From Pseudomonadota bacterium (lineage in GTDB: Bacteria > Pseudomonadota > Gammaproteobacteria > Burkholderiales > JABEVD01): DNA of 64,000 bases. Where the stretch lies: the NCBI GenBank assembly GCA_021802655.1, contig JAJZRP010000003.1, positions 1,024 to 65,023 on the forward strand. Direction: 5' to 3'. The position numbers were made by a program, and so were the translations under genes. Of this stretch, positions 12,866 through 23,279 are shown one piece after another. How positions within the stretch are numbered: position 1 is the first letter of the stretch; the number at the start of each line of letters is the position of its first letter. The notes under the pieces were generated by a model. That model did no database searches, was not told where the DNA came from, and saw only the letters and a list, made by a program, of their open reading frames with translations.

Positions 12866-13648
12866 TCAAACTCCCCGAAACATGAATGAGGTCAATACGA
12901 AATCCAGGATCAGAATGACCAGGGACGAAGTGACGACCGTGCGTGTGGTCGCGCCGGAAACGCCTTCGGCCGTGGGTGGCGAATCGTAACCCTCGAAAAC
13001 AGCGATCAGGGTCACTGCGATGCCGAACACGAAGCTCTTGATCACCCCGTTCATGATGTCTTCCCTGAAATCGACGCCGGCCTGCATTTGCGACCAGAAG
13101 GAGCCCTCGTCGACCCCGATCAGCACCACCCCGATCAGGTAGCCGCCGAAAATGCCCATCGCGTTGAATATCGCAGTGAGCAGCGGCAAGGAGATCACGC
13201 CGGACCAGAAACGCGGTGCGACCACCCTTGATATCGGATCGACCGCCATCATTTCCATGGCGGAAAGCTGCTCGGTCGCCTTCATGAGCCCGATTTCCGC
13301 CGTTATCGCAGAACCCGCCCGGCTTGCGAAAAGAAGCGCCGAGACGACCGGTCCCAGTTCCCTGACCAGTGCGAGGGCCACCAGCACTCCGAGCGCCGAG
13401 GATGAGCCGTAGCGCTGCAGCGTTTCGTAGCCCTGCAGCGCCAGAACCATGCCGACGAAAAGTCCGGACACGATGATGATGATGAGCGAGCGCACCCCGG
13501 TGTAATAGATTTCCCGGACGACGAGATGGAAGCGCCTGAAACTGATCCCCGAACCGATCAGGGTCAGGAAAAAGAACTTCCCCGCATAACCCAGGCGCCA
13601 GACGGCGTCTATGACTGTATGCCCCAGTTTTCTCAGAAGATCAAGCAT
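12866..13648 (-). CDS. mlaE: Lipid asymmetry ABC permease MlaE
   Basis: RELGPVVSALLFASRAGSAITAEIGLMKATEQ; ATG at 13648. Confidence 0.94.
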   Translation of the reverse strand: MLDLLRKLGHTVIDAVWRLGYAGKFFFLTLIGSGISFRRFHLVVREIYYTGVRSLIIIIVSGLFVGMVLALQGYETLQRYGSSSALGVLVALALVRELGPVVSALLFASRAGSAITAEIGLMKATEQLSAMEMMAVDPISRVVAPRFWSGVISLPLLTAIFNAMGIFGGYLIGVVLIGVDEGSFWSQMQAGVDFREDIMNGVIKSFVFGIAVTLIAVFEGYDSPPTAEGVSGATTRTVVTSSLVILILDFVLTSFMFRGV

Positions 13649-14453
13649 GGGGCGACTCCAGTTGCAAATCTTCGAGATAGGGTGGAGAGGGGTAATGGAA
13701 CGGCACGGGACCGTCGATTTCGCCGTGGATGAACTGGTGCACGAATGGCGTTTTGGACGACCTGATTTCGTCGGGGGTGCCGTGCGCGACAATGACGCCT
13801 TCCGAGACGAAATAGACGTAATCGACGATCTGCAGGGATTCCTGCACGTCGTGCGTGACCACGATGGAGCTCGCGCCGAGCGCATCGTTGAGTTTCCTGA
13901 TCAGGTTGCCGATGACCCCGAGCGATATCGGGTCGAGTCCCGTGAAAGGTTCGTCGTACATGATGAGCATGGGGTCCAGGGCGATCGTCCTGGCAAGCGC
14001 CACGCGCCTTGCCATGCCGCCGGAAAGCTCGTTCGGCATCAGATCCCTTGCGCCGCGCAATCCCACTGCATCGAGCTTCATCAGAACCAGGTCCCTGATG
14101 AGGGATTCCGGAAGGTCGGTATGCTCGCGCATCTGGAATGCGACATTGTCGTATACGGAGAGATCGGTGAAGAGCGCGCCGAACTGGAAAAGCATGCCCA
14201 TCTTGCGCCTGGTCTCGTAAAGATCGCTCCTGCCGAGTTCGTGGACGATTCTTCCGTCGAACTGGACGTAACCCTGGGTGGGCCTGATCTGCCCGCCTAT
14301 CAATCTCAGGAGCGTGGTTTTGCCGCAGCCGCTCCCCCCCATGATCGCGACGACCTGGCCTTTGGGGATGGACATATTGATGCCCCTGAGAATGGGTCGT
14401 TTGTCGTAGGCGAAGTTGAGATCCCGGATTTCCAGAAAGTTTTCAGGGGGCAC
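13641..14453 (-). CDS. mlaF: Lipid asymmetry ABC ATPase MlaF
   Basis: GGSGCGKTT, LFQFGALF, LSGGMARRVALAR and YDEPFTGLDP. Confidence 0.94.
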   Translation of the reverse strand: MPPENFLEIRDLNFAYDKRPILRGINMSIPKGQVVAIMGGSGCGKTTLLRLIGGQIRPTQGYVQFDGRIVHELGRSDLYETRRKMGMLFQFGALFTDLSVYDNVAFQMREHTDLPESLIRDLVLMKLDAVGLRGARDLMPNELSGGMARRVALARTIALDPMLIMYDEPFTGLDPISLGVIGNLIRKLNDALGASSIVVTHDVQESLQIVDYVYFVSEGVIVAHGTPDEIRSSKTPFVHQFIHGEIDGPVPFHYPSPPYLEDLQLESPHA

Positions 14454-14559
14454 GGTCGGCGTTTTTCGGGTGAATGAGGTGCGTATTTTAAACCACCTTC
14501 CATGACAAAGACAGTGCTTTGGCGGCTGCTATATTGAAACAAATTGTAAGGAGGATGGC

Positions 14560-15276
14560 TTGGAACCCGCACTGAAATTCGAAAATGCAGGCAAAAGATA
14601 TGGCAAGTCTGTGGTTTTCGGAAACCTGGAATTCCAGGTCGAGCGCGGAAGCTTTCTCGGGCTCGCCGGGGTGAACGGCGCCGGAAAGACCACGCTCATC
14701 AAGTGCCTGCTCGATTTTTGCGTCCTCGACGAAGGCGAAATAACGATTTTCGACATTCCCCACGTCGAAAGCCGCGCCCGGACCAGGCTCGCCTATCTGC
14801 CGGAGCGCTTCAATCCGCCGGGGTTTCTCTGGGGGCGGGATTTTTTGGATCTCTCACTGAAACTCCATGGGATCGATCCTGATTCCGCCGCAATTTTCGA
14901 AATGCTGAAAGAGCTCGACCTGGATCGGGATGCGCTGGAGAAGCCCATCAAGGCCTTATCGAAAGGCATGGCCCAGAAGCTCGGGCTTGCCGCCTGTTTT
15001 CTGAGTGAAAAGGAACTTCTTGTTCTGGACGAGCCGATGAGCGGCCTGGATCCCAAGGCGAGGGCGCTGGTTAAGATGAAGCTGCTGAAGCTGAAGGATG
15101 CTGGAAAAACGCTGCTTTTCACATCCCACTCCCTTCTTGAGATGAGCGAACTTTGCGACAGGATGGCGGTGCTTCACGAAGGAAAATTGAGTTTTCTGGG
15201 GTCTCCCGATGAGCTTTCGAGTATTTCGCAGAAAAAAAGCATCGAGCAGGCATTTTTGACCTGCATCGGCGGTTGA
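14560..15276 (+). CDS. ABC transporter ATP-binding protein heading the pilus/secretion operon (PilH-like)
   Basis: GVNGAGKTT, LSKGMAQKLGLA and LDEPMSGLDP; RBS GGAGG before TTG. Confidence 0.88.
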   Translation: MEPALKFENAGKRYGKSVVFGNLEFQVERGSFLGLAGVNGAGKTTLIKCLLDFCVLDEGEITIFDIPHVESRARTRLAYLPERFNPPGFLWGRDFLDLSLKLHGIDPDSAAIFEMLKELDLDRDALEKPIKALSKGMAQKLGLAACFLSEKELLVLDEPMSGLDPKARALVKMKLLKLKDAGKTLLFTSHSLLEMSELCDRMAVLHEGKLSFLGSPDELSSISQKKSIEQAFLTCIGG

Positions 15277-15357
15277 TGCAGCGGGGCTTTCCGGCATTGC
15301 AAATACCCGGGGCGGTGCTATTGTGGTTCATGAAGACTATTGTGAAAACCAGTATCC

Positions 15358-17115
15358 ATGAAAAAAGCTATCGCCATCCTGGTCTGCCTGAGTCTGGCAG
15401 CCTGCGGGATCCAGTCCATCAAGCCTTCTTCCCAGCATCTGCTGACAAAACCAGGGAGGCAGGGAGCCATTCCGCAGCCGGTCAGGTCCAGCATTGCCCC
15501 GCCTCTCCCGAAGCCGGCTGCGAGAATCGCGGTCTATAGCGTGTCCGTCTACAACGTTCCGGTGCAGGAACTGCTTTACGCCCTGGCGCGCGATGCGGGC
15601 ATCAACATCGACATCCATCCCGGCATCAACGGCGTAGTGACCATCAATGCGATCAACCAGAGCCTGCCGCAAATCCTGAGCCGCATTTCGGAGCAGGTCG
15701 ACATGCGTTACGAAATGGAAGGGGCGGATATCTCCGTCATGCCGGATACGCCCTATCTGCTCAACTACAAGGTCGATTATCTGAACATGTCCCGCGACAC
15801 GAACGGCTCTGTTGCGATCATCACCCAGATTGCGACGCCTGGGGCAGGGGTCGTGGCTGGAGGAACCGGTACGGCGACAGCGGGGATCAACAATTCGACC
15901 ACTTCGGTGACGAATATCGCCAAAAACCGGTTCTGGGAGACGCTGATCCAGAACATCAAGGATTTGCTGCACGAAACCGACAAGATATTGCCGGAAGGGT
16001 CTTCCGAGACTATCGTTCAGCAGGCCGGCATCCAGACCACGACGGGAACCGGCGCTCCTCCCCGCATATCGTCGGGGAAGAGGGACCAGGGCTCCATTGC
16101 GGCAAGCCCGAGCCCCGCAACACTGCAAAATACCGGAACCACCGTCATCAAGCGCACCACGTTCAGGGAGGCCTCCTCGGTGATAGCCAACCCCGAGGCC
16201 GGGATCATCAGCATCCGAGCGACCTCCCGCCAGCATAAAAAGATCCAGGAATTCCTGGATCGGGTGATGCAAAGCGCGAAAAGGCAGGTTTTGATCGAGG
16301 CGACCGTGGTGGAAGTCCAGTTGAGCGACGCGTATCAGCAGGGAATCAATTGGGCCGGACTCGCCAATGGCGGGAAAGGCTGGAGTCTCGTCCAGTCTCC
16401 GACCGGAGGCATTCCTTCGGCGGTCAACCAGAGTCTGTTCGTGCTGAGTTACACGAATCCGTCTTCGAGCGTGGGCAATCTTTCGGCGACGGTGTCGCTG
16501 CTCGAATCATTCGGCAAGGTCAAGGTTCTCTCCAGCCCCCAGGTCAGTGTGCTCAACAACCAGACTGCGCTTCTCAAGGTGGTGGACAACAGGATCTATT
16601 TCACGATTCAGGCCAACACCAGCCAGAACCAGACCACCACGCTCACGACTTATACCACGACGGTCAATTCCGTTCCGGTCGGATTCGTGATGGATGTGAC
16701 CCCGGAAATCGGCAGCAACGATTCCATCATCATCGACCTGCGGCCGACTATCTCGCGAATTCTGGGGTATGTCTCCGATCCCAATCCCTCGCTGCCTGCC
16801 ACAGTCAAGAACCTCATTCCCGAGATCCAGACGAGAGAAATGGAATCGGTGATCAGGGTGAACAGCGGACAGATCGCGGTTCTCGGCGGCCTGATGCAGG
16901 ACTCGGTTCGCAATGCGGACGACACCGTCCCGGGATTGTTCCAGTTGCACAGCATCGGCGGGATTTTTTCCCACAGGAACGATACCACCACCAAATCGGA
17001 ACTGGTCATTTTCCTGCGTCCCATCGTCATCAAGGATGCCAGCCTGGATGGGGATTTCGCGAAATTCAGAAGCGCCCTTCCGGATCGGAATTTTTTCGAT
17101 ACCGAAGGGAATTGA
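15358..17115 (+). CDS. Secretin, MshL/GspD-like lipoprotein
   Basis: Lipobox LAAC; QVLIEATVVEV, VLSSPQVSVLNNQTA and KSELVIFLRP secretin motifs; Thr-rich N-domain typical of MshL. Confidence 0.9.
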   Translation: MKKAIAILVCLSLAACGIQSIKPSSQHLLTKPGRQGAIPQPVRSSIAPPLPKPAARIAVYSVSVYNVPVQELLYALARDAGINIDIHPGINGVVTINAINQSLPQILSRISEQVDMRYEMEGADISVMPDTPYLLNYKVDYLNMSRDTNGSVAIITQIATPGAGVVAGGTGTATAGINNSTTSVTNIAKNRFWETLIQNIKDLLHETDKILPEGSSETIVQQAGIQTTTGTGAPPRISSGKRDQGSIAASPSPATLQNTGTTVIKRTTFREASSVIANPEAGIISIRATSRQHKKIQEFLDRVMQSAKRQVLIEATVVEVQLSDAYQQGINWAGLANGGKGWSLVQSPTGGIPSAVNQSLFVLSYTNPSSSVGNLSATVSLLESFGKVKVLSSPQVSVLNNQTALLKVVDNRIYFTIQANTSQNQTTTLTTYTTTVNSVPVGFVMDVTPEIGSNDSIIIDLRPTISRILGYVSDPNPSLPATVKNLIPEIQTREMESVIRVNSGQIAVLGGLMQDSVRNADDTVPGLFQLHSIGGIFSHRNDTTTKSELVIFLRPIVIKDASLDGDFAKFRSALPDRNFFDTEGN

Positions 17116-17117
17116 GC

Positions 17118-18092
17118 ATGAACATCCTGACGCACATGATCAAGGGAGCCGGGAGCGAAGGGGAAACGCTGCAAATCGAGGATAAGACTCCCGGGGAAGC
17201 GCCCGCTGAAGATATCGGGGCCGCGCAGCTCCCCCAAAAATCGGGATGGGGCTGGCGCCCGTGGGGCCTGCTGTCCGCAGTCTCCCTTCTTTTGCTAGCC
17301 AGTGCCTTCTACTACCTGCGACAAGCTTCGGAACCGGCTCGTTCTGTCCAGCATCCTGCCGCTCCCATGCCTTCTCTGCCTCCGCCACAGCAGGAAATGC
17401 CGAAAAAGGTGCCGGATAAGGCAGAAGTCAGCGAAGCCAAGCCGCCGGAAAAGCCGGTGCAGCAGGAGCAGGTCATCAATTCCGTGAAAATCGAGAAGAG
17501 CCAGGAGAGCGCTGTCGTCAATCCGCTTTCGGTCAGGGGATATGAGGCCATGATGGCGCGGGATCTGGCAGGGGCGCAAAAAGACTATACGACCCTGTTG
17601 TCGAAAGACCCGCAGAACAAGGAGGCGTTGCTCGGCCTTGCCGCAGTCGCGCTCAAGCGTGGACGCATTTCCCTTGCGGAGCGCTATTACAACAGGGTGC
17701 TCGAAATAGATCCTGGCGATCCTGTCGCCACGGCGAGTCTCGTCGACATCATGAATCCCGATGGCGCGGAGAGCAGATTGAAAAGTCTTCTCAGAAGTTC
17801 GCCCGATTCCGGGGAACTCTATTTCAGTCTGGGAAACCGTTATGCCAATCAGTCGCTCTGGGCCGATGCGCAGCAGGCCTATTTCAACGCCTTCGAGAGC
17901 GAACCGGGAAACCCCGATTTCGCCTTCAATCTGGCGGTCAGCCTGGATCACCTGAGTCGCATCGAGCCTGCGCTCGAGTATTACAGGATGGCCCTCAAGC
18001 TCTCCGGCAAGGGGTTCCCTGGATTCGACCCGGCTGTGGCAGCTGACAGAATCCGTGAACTGGAAAATGGTCATGCCGGGCGAGCGCAATAA
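17118..18092 (+). CDS. Membrane-anchored TPR protein (MshN-like)
   Basis: One TM, Pro-rich linker and C-terminal TPRs (AQQAYFNA, NLAVSLDHL); ATG at 17118. Confidence 0.78.
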   Translation: MNILTHMIKGAGSEGETLQIEDKTPGEAPAEDIGAAQLPQKSGWGWRPWGLLSAVSLLLLASAFYYLRQASEPARSVQHPAAPMPSLPPPQQEMPKKVPDKAEVSEAKPPEKPVQQEQVINSVKIEKSQESAVVNPLSVRGYEAMMARDLAGAQKDYTTLLSKDPQNKEALLGLAAVALKRGRISLAERYYNRVLEIDPGDPVATASLVDIMNPDGAESRLKSLLRSSPDSGELYFSLGNRYANQSLWADAQQAYFNAFESEPGNPDFAFNLAVSLDHLSRIEPALEYYRMALKLSGKGFPGFDPAVAADRIRELENGHAGRAQ

Positions 18093-19761
18093 ATTGCTCG
18101 GACAGCTCCTGATCGAGAAAGGCGTGGTTGGCGAGGATCAGCTCCGGATCGCGCTGCTCGAACAGGACAAGAGCCGTATGCGGCTCGGGGAGTTGATGGT
18201 GGGGCTCGGGTTTCTGACGGAAGGCACGATTCGCGACGTGCTTTCGGAAAGCATGGGTCAGGAAACCGTGGATCTGTCCAGGGTGGTGGTCGATGCTGCA
18301 GCGGTCAGGCTGATTCCTCAGGAAGTCGCGCGCCGTCATCAGGTTTTGCCCCTGTCCTTCGACAAAAACCGCCACATTATGACGCTTGCGATAGCCAATC
18401 CGGAAAATATCATCGCCCTGGATCAGGTCAAGGCGCTGCTGGGGGAGGACTGCAGTTTGCATCTGCTGCTCGCCGGGGAATCCGAGGTCATGCATGCGAT
18501 CGACCAGTATTACGGATTCGAGCTTTCCATCGAAGGCATACTCCAGGAAATAGAACCTGGCGAGATCGAAAATCCCGGCCTGCAGATCGGCGTGACCGAA
18601 TTCAGCCAGCCCGTGGTGCGGCTGATCGATGCGCTCCTGTCGGATGCGGTGCAGCGCGGTGCTTCCGACATCCATTTCGAACCGGAGCACAGTTTCCTTC
18701 GCATACGCTGCAGGATAGACGGCGTGCTGCGCCAGTTGAGGAGTTTGCACAAGTCGTACTGGTCTCCCATGGCGGTGAGGCTGAAGGTGATGAGCGGCAT
18801 GAATATCGCGGAAAACCGCGCGCCTCAGGACGGGCGGTTTTCGCTGCGACTCTCCGGCAGGCAGATCGATTTCAGGGTCTCCGCAGAACCCACCACCCAT
18901 GGCGAGAATATCGTCCTGCGCATTCTCGACAGGCAGAAAGGGATCGTTCTTCTCGAAGATATCGGGCTGGAAAAGGAGGAGCTCGAAATACTCAAGATGA
19001 TGATTTCGAAGCCGGAAGGGCTCATCCTGGTCACGGGTCCAACGGGGAGCGGGAAGACCACGACGCTCTATTCCATATTGAGCCGCATCAATACCGAGGC
19101 GGTCAACATCATGACGCTGGAAGATCCAGTGGAGTACCCGATGCCGATGATCAGGCAGGCATCCGTCAACGAAATGGCGAAGCTGGATTTCGCCGGCGGC
19201 ATCAGGTCGATGCTGCGCCAGGACCCCGACATCATCCTGGTCGGCGAAATACGCGACCAGCCCACGGCAGTCATGGCATTCAGGGCGGCGATGACGGGAC
19301 ATCAGGTTTACACGACGCTGCATACCAATTCCGCGATAGGCGCCATTCCCAGGCTGTATGACCTCGGTATTCATCCCGAGATCATGGCCGGAAACATCAT
19401 CGGCATGATTGCACAGAGGCTGGCAAGGCGGCTTTGCCATTCCTGCAGGAAGGCCTATGAAACCGGCCCGGAAGAAGCGGCATTGCTCGGCGAAAAGGCC
19501 GTCGTTTACAGGGCGGAAGGGTGCGAATCGTGCGATTTCCAGGGCTATTCTGGGCGGTTTGCGATCATGGAGCTCGTCAGGCTGGACGAAGACTTCGACG
19601 ATCTGATCGTGCGCCGCGGTACCTTGCGCGAGATGAGAAATCTCGCACGGGAAAAGGGATTCAGGACGCTTTCGCAGAGTGCGATTCGATCTGTTCTATC
19701 CGGCGTGACTTCTCTGGACGAGATTTCGAGAGTGATCGATCTGACGGGAAGATCGACATGA
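18073..19761 (+). CDS. GspE/PilB/MshE-family assembly ATPase with N-terminal MshEN domain
   Basis: ASDIHFEP, Walker A GPTGSGKTT, LRQDPDIILVGEIRD and two CxxC pairs; tandem MshEN-like motifs at the N-terminus. Start could be 18067. Confidence 0.92.
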   Translation: MPGERNKLLGQLLIEKGVVGEDQLRIALLEQDKSRMRLGELMVGLGFLTEGTIRDVLSESMGQETVDLSRVVVDAAAVRLIPQEVARRHQVLPLSFDKNRHIMTLAIANPENIIALDQVKALLGEDCSLHLLLAGESEVMHAIDQYYGFELSIEGILQEIEPGEIENPGLQIGVTEFSQPVVRLIDALLSDAVQRGASDIHFEPEHSFLRIRCRIDGVLRQLRSLHKSYWSPMAVRLKVMSGMNIAENRAPQDGRFSLRLSGRQIDFRVSAEPTTHGENIVLRILDRQKGIVLLEDIGLEKEELEILKMMISKPEGLILVTGPTGSGKTTTLYSILSRINTEAVNIMTLEDPVEYPMPMIRQASVNEMAKLDFAGGIRSMLRQDPDIILVGEIRDQPTAVMAFRAAMTGHQVYTTLHTNSAIGAIPRLYDLGIHPEIMAGNIIGMIAQRLARRLCHSCRKAYETGPEEAALLGEKAVVYRAEGCESCDFQGYSGRFAIMELVRLDEDFDDLIVRRGTLREMRNLAREKGFRTLSQSAIRSVLSGVTSLDEISRVIDLTGRST

Positions 19762-20957
19762 CCCTCTTTTCCTACCGGGCGATAGACCGGTTCGGCATGG
19801 TGAGAAGCGGCGTGCTCGAAGCGCTGAGCGAATCGGATCTCGACGAGCGATTGAAGCGCATCGGCCTCGATCTTGTTTCCGGAAGGCCGGCATCCATCAG
19901 GAAGCCTTTTTTCGGCAACAAGGTAAGCCGGCGCGAACTGATCACCTTCTTCTTCAATCTGGAACTTCTGGCAAGGGCAGGCGTTCCGCTCATCGAGTCC
20001 CTTTCTGATCTGAGGGATACCATGGACGTGCCGCATTTTCGCGAGGTCATCGCGGAAATGATCGAGAACATAGAGGGGGGGATGCATTTTTCTCAGGCGA
20101 TGGCGCTCAATCCCGGAATATTCGACAGCGTGATGGTCAGCCTGGTGAAGGCCGGGGAAGAAAGCGCCAGGCTTCCGGCGATCTTCAAGCATCTGACCGA
20201 TTCGCTCAAGTGGCAGGACGAAATGCGCGCGCAAACCAGGCAGATACTGCTTTATCCCGCTTTTGTCGGCATTGTCGTCATCGCCATCACCTTTTTCCTG
20301 ATGATTTACCTCGTGCCGCAGTTGAGCACTTTTTTCAGGAACCTCGGGCAAACCCTCCCTCCCCAAACCAGGGCGCTCATCGCTGTATCGGACTTCTTCG
20401 TGAATTACCGCTACTACCTGCTCTTGATCCCGGTCGGATTTTTTGTCGTGGTGAGGTCATTCACCCTGCTGAGCAGGGAGGCCAGGTTCAGGGTGGACGA
20501 GATCAAGACCAGGATATGGATCATCGGCCCCATCCTCCTCAAGATCATCCTGGCGCGGTTCGCCAATACCTTCGCGATCATGTACGAGTCAGGCGTCAGC
20601 ATACTCGACTGCATCTCCATTTCCACCGGAATAGCCGGAAACCTGGTGATTTCCGAAAAACTGAAGAATGCAAAAAGGGAGATCGAGGCGGGCAAGACGC
20701 TGCTCCAGAGCTTCCAGGAAGCCGGCATATTCCCGGCACTCGTGCTCAGGATGATCAAGGTCGGCGAAGCGACAGGTCAGCTAGACGAGGCTTTCTTCAA
20801 CGTGAGCTATTTCTACGAGCGCGATACGAGGGAGGCCATTCGCAGGGTTCAGGTGATGATCGAGCCGTTCCTGACGGTGGTTTTGGGATCGCTGCTCGGA
20901 TGGATCATGCTCTCGGCGATCACCCCGATTTACGACATGCTGGGAAGGATCAGGTGA
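19758..20957 (+). CDS. GspF/PilC/MshG-family platform protein
   Basis: AGVPLIESL, KAGEES, LYPAFV, VGEATGQLD and IEPFL. Confidence 0.92.
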   Translation: MTLFSYRAIDRFGMVRSGVLEALSESDLDERLKRIGLDLVSGRPASIRKPFFGNKVSRRELITFFFNLELLARAGVPLIESLSDLRDTMDVPHFREVIAEMIENIEGGMHFSQAMALNPGIFDSVMVSLVKAGEESARLPAIFKHLTDSLKWQDEMRAQTRQILLYPAFVGIVVIAITFFLMIYLVPQLSTFFRNLGQTLPPQTRALIAVSDFFVNYRYYLLLIPVGFFVVVRSFTLLSREARFRVDEIKTRIWIIGPILLKIILARFANTFAIMYESGVSILDCISISTGIAGNLVISEKLKNAKREIEAGKTLLQSFQEAGIFPALVLRMIKVGEATGQLDEAFFNVSYFYERDTREAIRRVQVMIEPFLTVVLGSLLGWIMLSAITPIYDMLGRIR

Positions 20958-22459
20958 AGGGGCTGATTTTCATCGGGGACAGGCATTGCCTTGCGGCGAA
21001 AATGGAGAGAGGCTCCCTGGATTCTCAGCGCATTTTTCCCAACAGCGAGGAGGGCAGGCGGGAATTCGAGCGTTATCTCGACGATATGAAAGATGCCACA
21101 TTCGGCATGCTGGCCGATTTCGTCGAGGAAGATTACCGCATCGAGCGCGTCCCCCATCTCGGCTGGCGCGACAGGAAGCCTTTCCACGAGAAAAAACTGA
21201 ATCAGTATTATCGGCATACGCCTTTTCGCAATGTGCTCGTTCAGGGCAGGGAAGGAAAAAGCGACCGGATCCTGTTTTCGGCGCTGACGAACCCGAATCT
21301 GATCCTTCCCTGGATCGAATCGATGGCGAAGCGGCAGATCGCCCTCTCGGGCATTGCTTCGGTCGCGATGCTGAGCGAAAAACTGGTCGGGAAGATCCAT
21401 GCATCCCATTTCCTGCTGCTCAGTTTCCAGAACGGGACGGGATTGAGGCAGAGTTTCTTTCTGAACGGAAGCCTCAATTTCTCGCGCCTGACCCTCGTTC
21501 GCCCCGAGGACGATCCCGCCGCCATCCTGCAAATCGAGTCCGAACGGCTGTACAAGTACCTGCATGCGCTCAATCTCCTTCCCGGGAATGGAGCGCTTCA
21601 GGTCTCGATCCTTTGCGGTATCGAACAAAGAAAACTATTCGGGGCGGTGCTCGGAGACACATCTTCCATTCACTATGTCTTTCTCGACCTGAAGGATGCG
21701 GCAAAACGCATCGGGTTCAGGGGGAAATTCGCGGGGTCGGATGCGTTGCCGCTTTTCCTGCATCTGCTCGGGCGGGGCGTCAACCAGTACGGCAGCGAGG
21801 AGCATACCCATACCCACGATTTGAGGCAGTGGCAGTATGCCGCATACGCCCTGTCGGCATCCCTGGTCATCGGAGGATTGTCTCTTGCCGGGATCGACGT
21901 TTCGAGGGCGGTCAGCCTTCATGGCCATGCGGTCATGCTGAATGCGCGCGCGGATGCCGCCATGACCCGTTACCGGGAACTGGTGCCGCCCGATTCGGGG
22001 CCGGATTCGCCGCAGAAGATGAAAGCGGCCGTTTTGGTCGCGGAAAAAGTCGAATCGGCCTTCCCGCCGCCACGAAAATTGTTCGCTGAAATGAGTCGGA
22101 CGCTGGATGCTTTTCCGGGTATCCGCATCAACCGGTTTTCATGGCAGGTTGCGAAGCATCCCGAATCGGTGAAGGCGGTTTCGGGAGAGATCGGCTTCGA
22201 TCGGGATTTGCTCGAGAAGGGACCGAATTATCTGGTGATTTTCATGGAGGGGGAAATTTTCCCGTTCGCAGGCAACTACAGACAGGCCAACGAAACAGTC
22301 GACCGATTCTGCGGGGTGCTGGAGAAGGAAGGGATGAGGGTCGCGAAGATCGGTCTTCCCCTGGACCTGAATCCCGATGCCGGCCTTGTCAAGAGATCCG
22401 GGCAATCCGGGGAGAGAGCGGCCTTTTCCATCAGGGCGGTATGGAAGGTGGGATCGTGA
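20954..22459 (+). CDS. Putative PilM/PilN (GspL)-like alignment protein
   Basis: Large cytoplasmic domain, single TM and periplasmic domain; GTG overlaps the upstream stop; typical position after the platform gene. Confidence 0.6.
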   Translation: MKGLIFIGDRHCLAAKMERGSLDSQRIFPNSEEGRREFERYLDDMKDATFGMLADFVEEDYRIERVPHLGWRDRKPFHEKKLNQYYRHTPFRNVLVQGREGKSDRILFSALTNPNLILPWIESMAKRQIALSGIASVAMLSEKLVGKIHASHFLLLSFQNGTGLRQSFFLNGSLNFSRLTLVRPEDDPAAILQIESERLYKYLHALNLLPGNGALQVSILCGIEQRKLFGAVLGDTSSIHYVFLDLKDAAKRIGFRGKFAGSDALPLFLHLLGRGVNQYGSEEHTHTHDLRQWQYAAYALSASLVIGGLSLAGIDVSRAVSLHGHAVMLNARADAAMTRYRELVPPDSGPDSPQKMKAAVLVAEKVESAFPPPRKLFAEMSRTLDAFPGIRINRFSWQVAKHPESVKAVSGEIGFDRDLLEKGPNYLVIFMEGEIFPFAGNYRQANETVDRFCGVLEKEGMRVAKIGLPLDLNPDAGLVKRSGQSGERAAFSIRAVWKVGS

Positions 22460-23034
22460 AATTCATTCGCGAGGATTTGCCCCGGCTGGCAAGGCCCATT
22501 GCCGTTTTCGTCGGTGCGCTTGTTCTGGCGACGGCGGCGCCGGTCATCGGTCAGGGCCTGCTGAAGAAAATGGACGCGGAAGATTCCGCGGCCGAGAAGT
22601 CATTGTCCTTGGCAAACGACAGAGTCAGGCAGGCGAGGCGGGAGCAGGAAAACCTGGGTTCGTATCGTGCATCCTATGGAAATCTTGTCAAAATGGGATT
22701 CATCGGGAGTTTCAGGAGAATCGATCTCGTCGAGCGTCTGGAAGAAACGGAATCCTCGCTGTTCGACATGCAGTATTCGATTTCTCCCAGGCAGAAGGTC
22801 CCGGCATCCGACTTTTTCGCATTGAGCGTGGACCGTGTTGTATTCCAGTTGAGCCTGCTTCACGAGGGAAGACTGCTGGATTTCATCGGCTCGCTGGAAA
22901 CGGGATCGAACGGCATTTCCCTGGTTGCGGGATGCAACACCGAAAGAATCAGGGAGGCTTCCGGGATGAGTTACGAGCCCCACCTGAAAGCCGGATGCAC
23001 CGTGATATGGGCGACGCTGGAGGGATTGAAATGA
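22456..23034 (+). CDS. Putative PilO/GspM-like bitopic protein
   Basis: N-terminal TM, coiled coil and LLHEGRLLDF region; translationally coupled in the operon. Confidence 0.55.
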   Translation: MKFIREDLPRLARPIAVFVGALVLATAAPVIGQGLLKKMDAEDSAAEKSLSLANDRVRQARREQENLGSYRASYGNLVKMGFIGSFRRIDLVERLEETESSLFDMQYSISPRQKVPASDFFALSVDRVVFQLSLLHEGRLLDFIGSLETGSNGISLVAGCNTERIREASGMSYEPHLKAGCTVIWATLEGLK

Positions 23035-23279
23035 AAGGGCTGATCCTGGCTTTCATGCTGCTGCCTGCCATTTCCAAAGCCGATTCCTTCGGCAGGTTTT
23101 TTTTCACCCCCCAGGAGCGCGCCATGCTGGATCGGCAGCATCGGCAGCCGGGACAAATCGCTTTGAAGGGCATGGTTCAACAGGAAAGCGCGACCGGTTC
23201 GGTCGAATTGAAAGGCGGAGGGAAGACGGTCTGGATAAACGGCGTTCCGCGCCATATTGAACCGGTGCAGAAGAAATGA
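23031..23279 (+). CDS. Small exported protein (PilP/MshK-like position)
   Basis: Signal peptide; GRFFFTPQERAMLDR and TVWING; coupled on both sides. Confidence 0.6.
   Translation: MKGLILAFMLLPAISKADSFGRFFFTPQERAMLDRQHRQPGQIALKGMVQQESATGSVELKGGGKTVWINGVPRHIEPVQKK

Noticed and set aside
16350..17117. 5' extensions of ORFs such as 16350-18092, 20210-22459, 5140-6438 and 38726-40264 suggesting fusions or frameshifts
   Set aside because: The extensions overlap upstream genes in another frame. Downstream starts with stop/start coupling explain the real genes.
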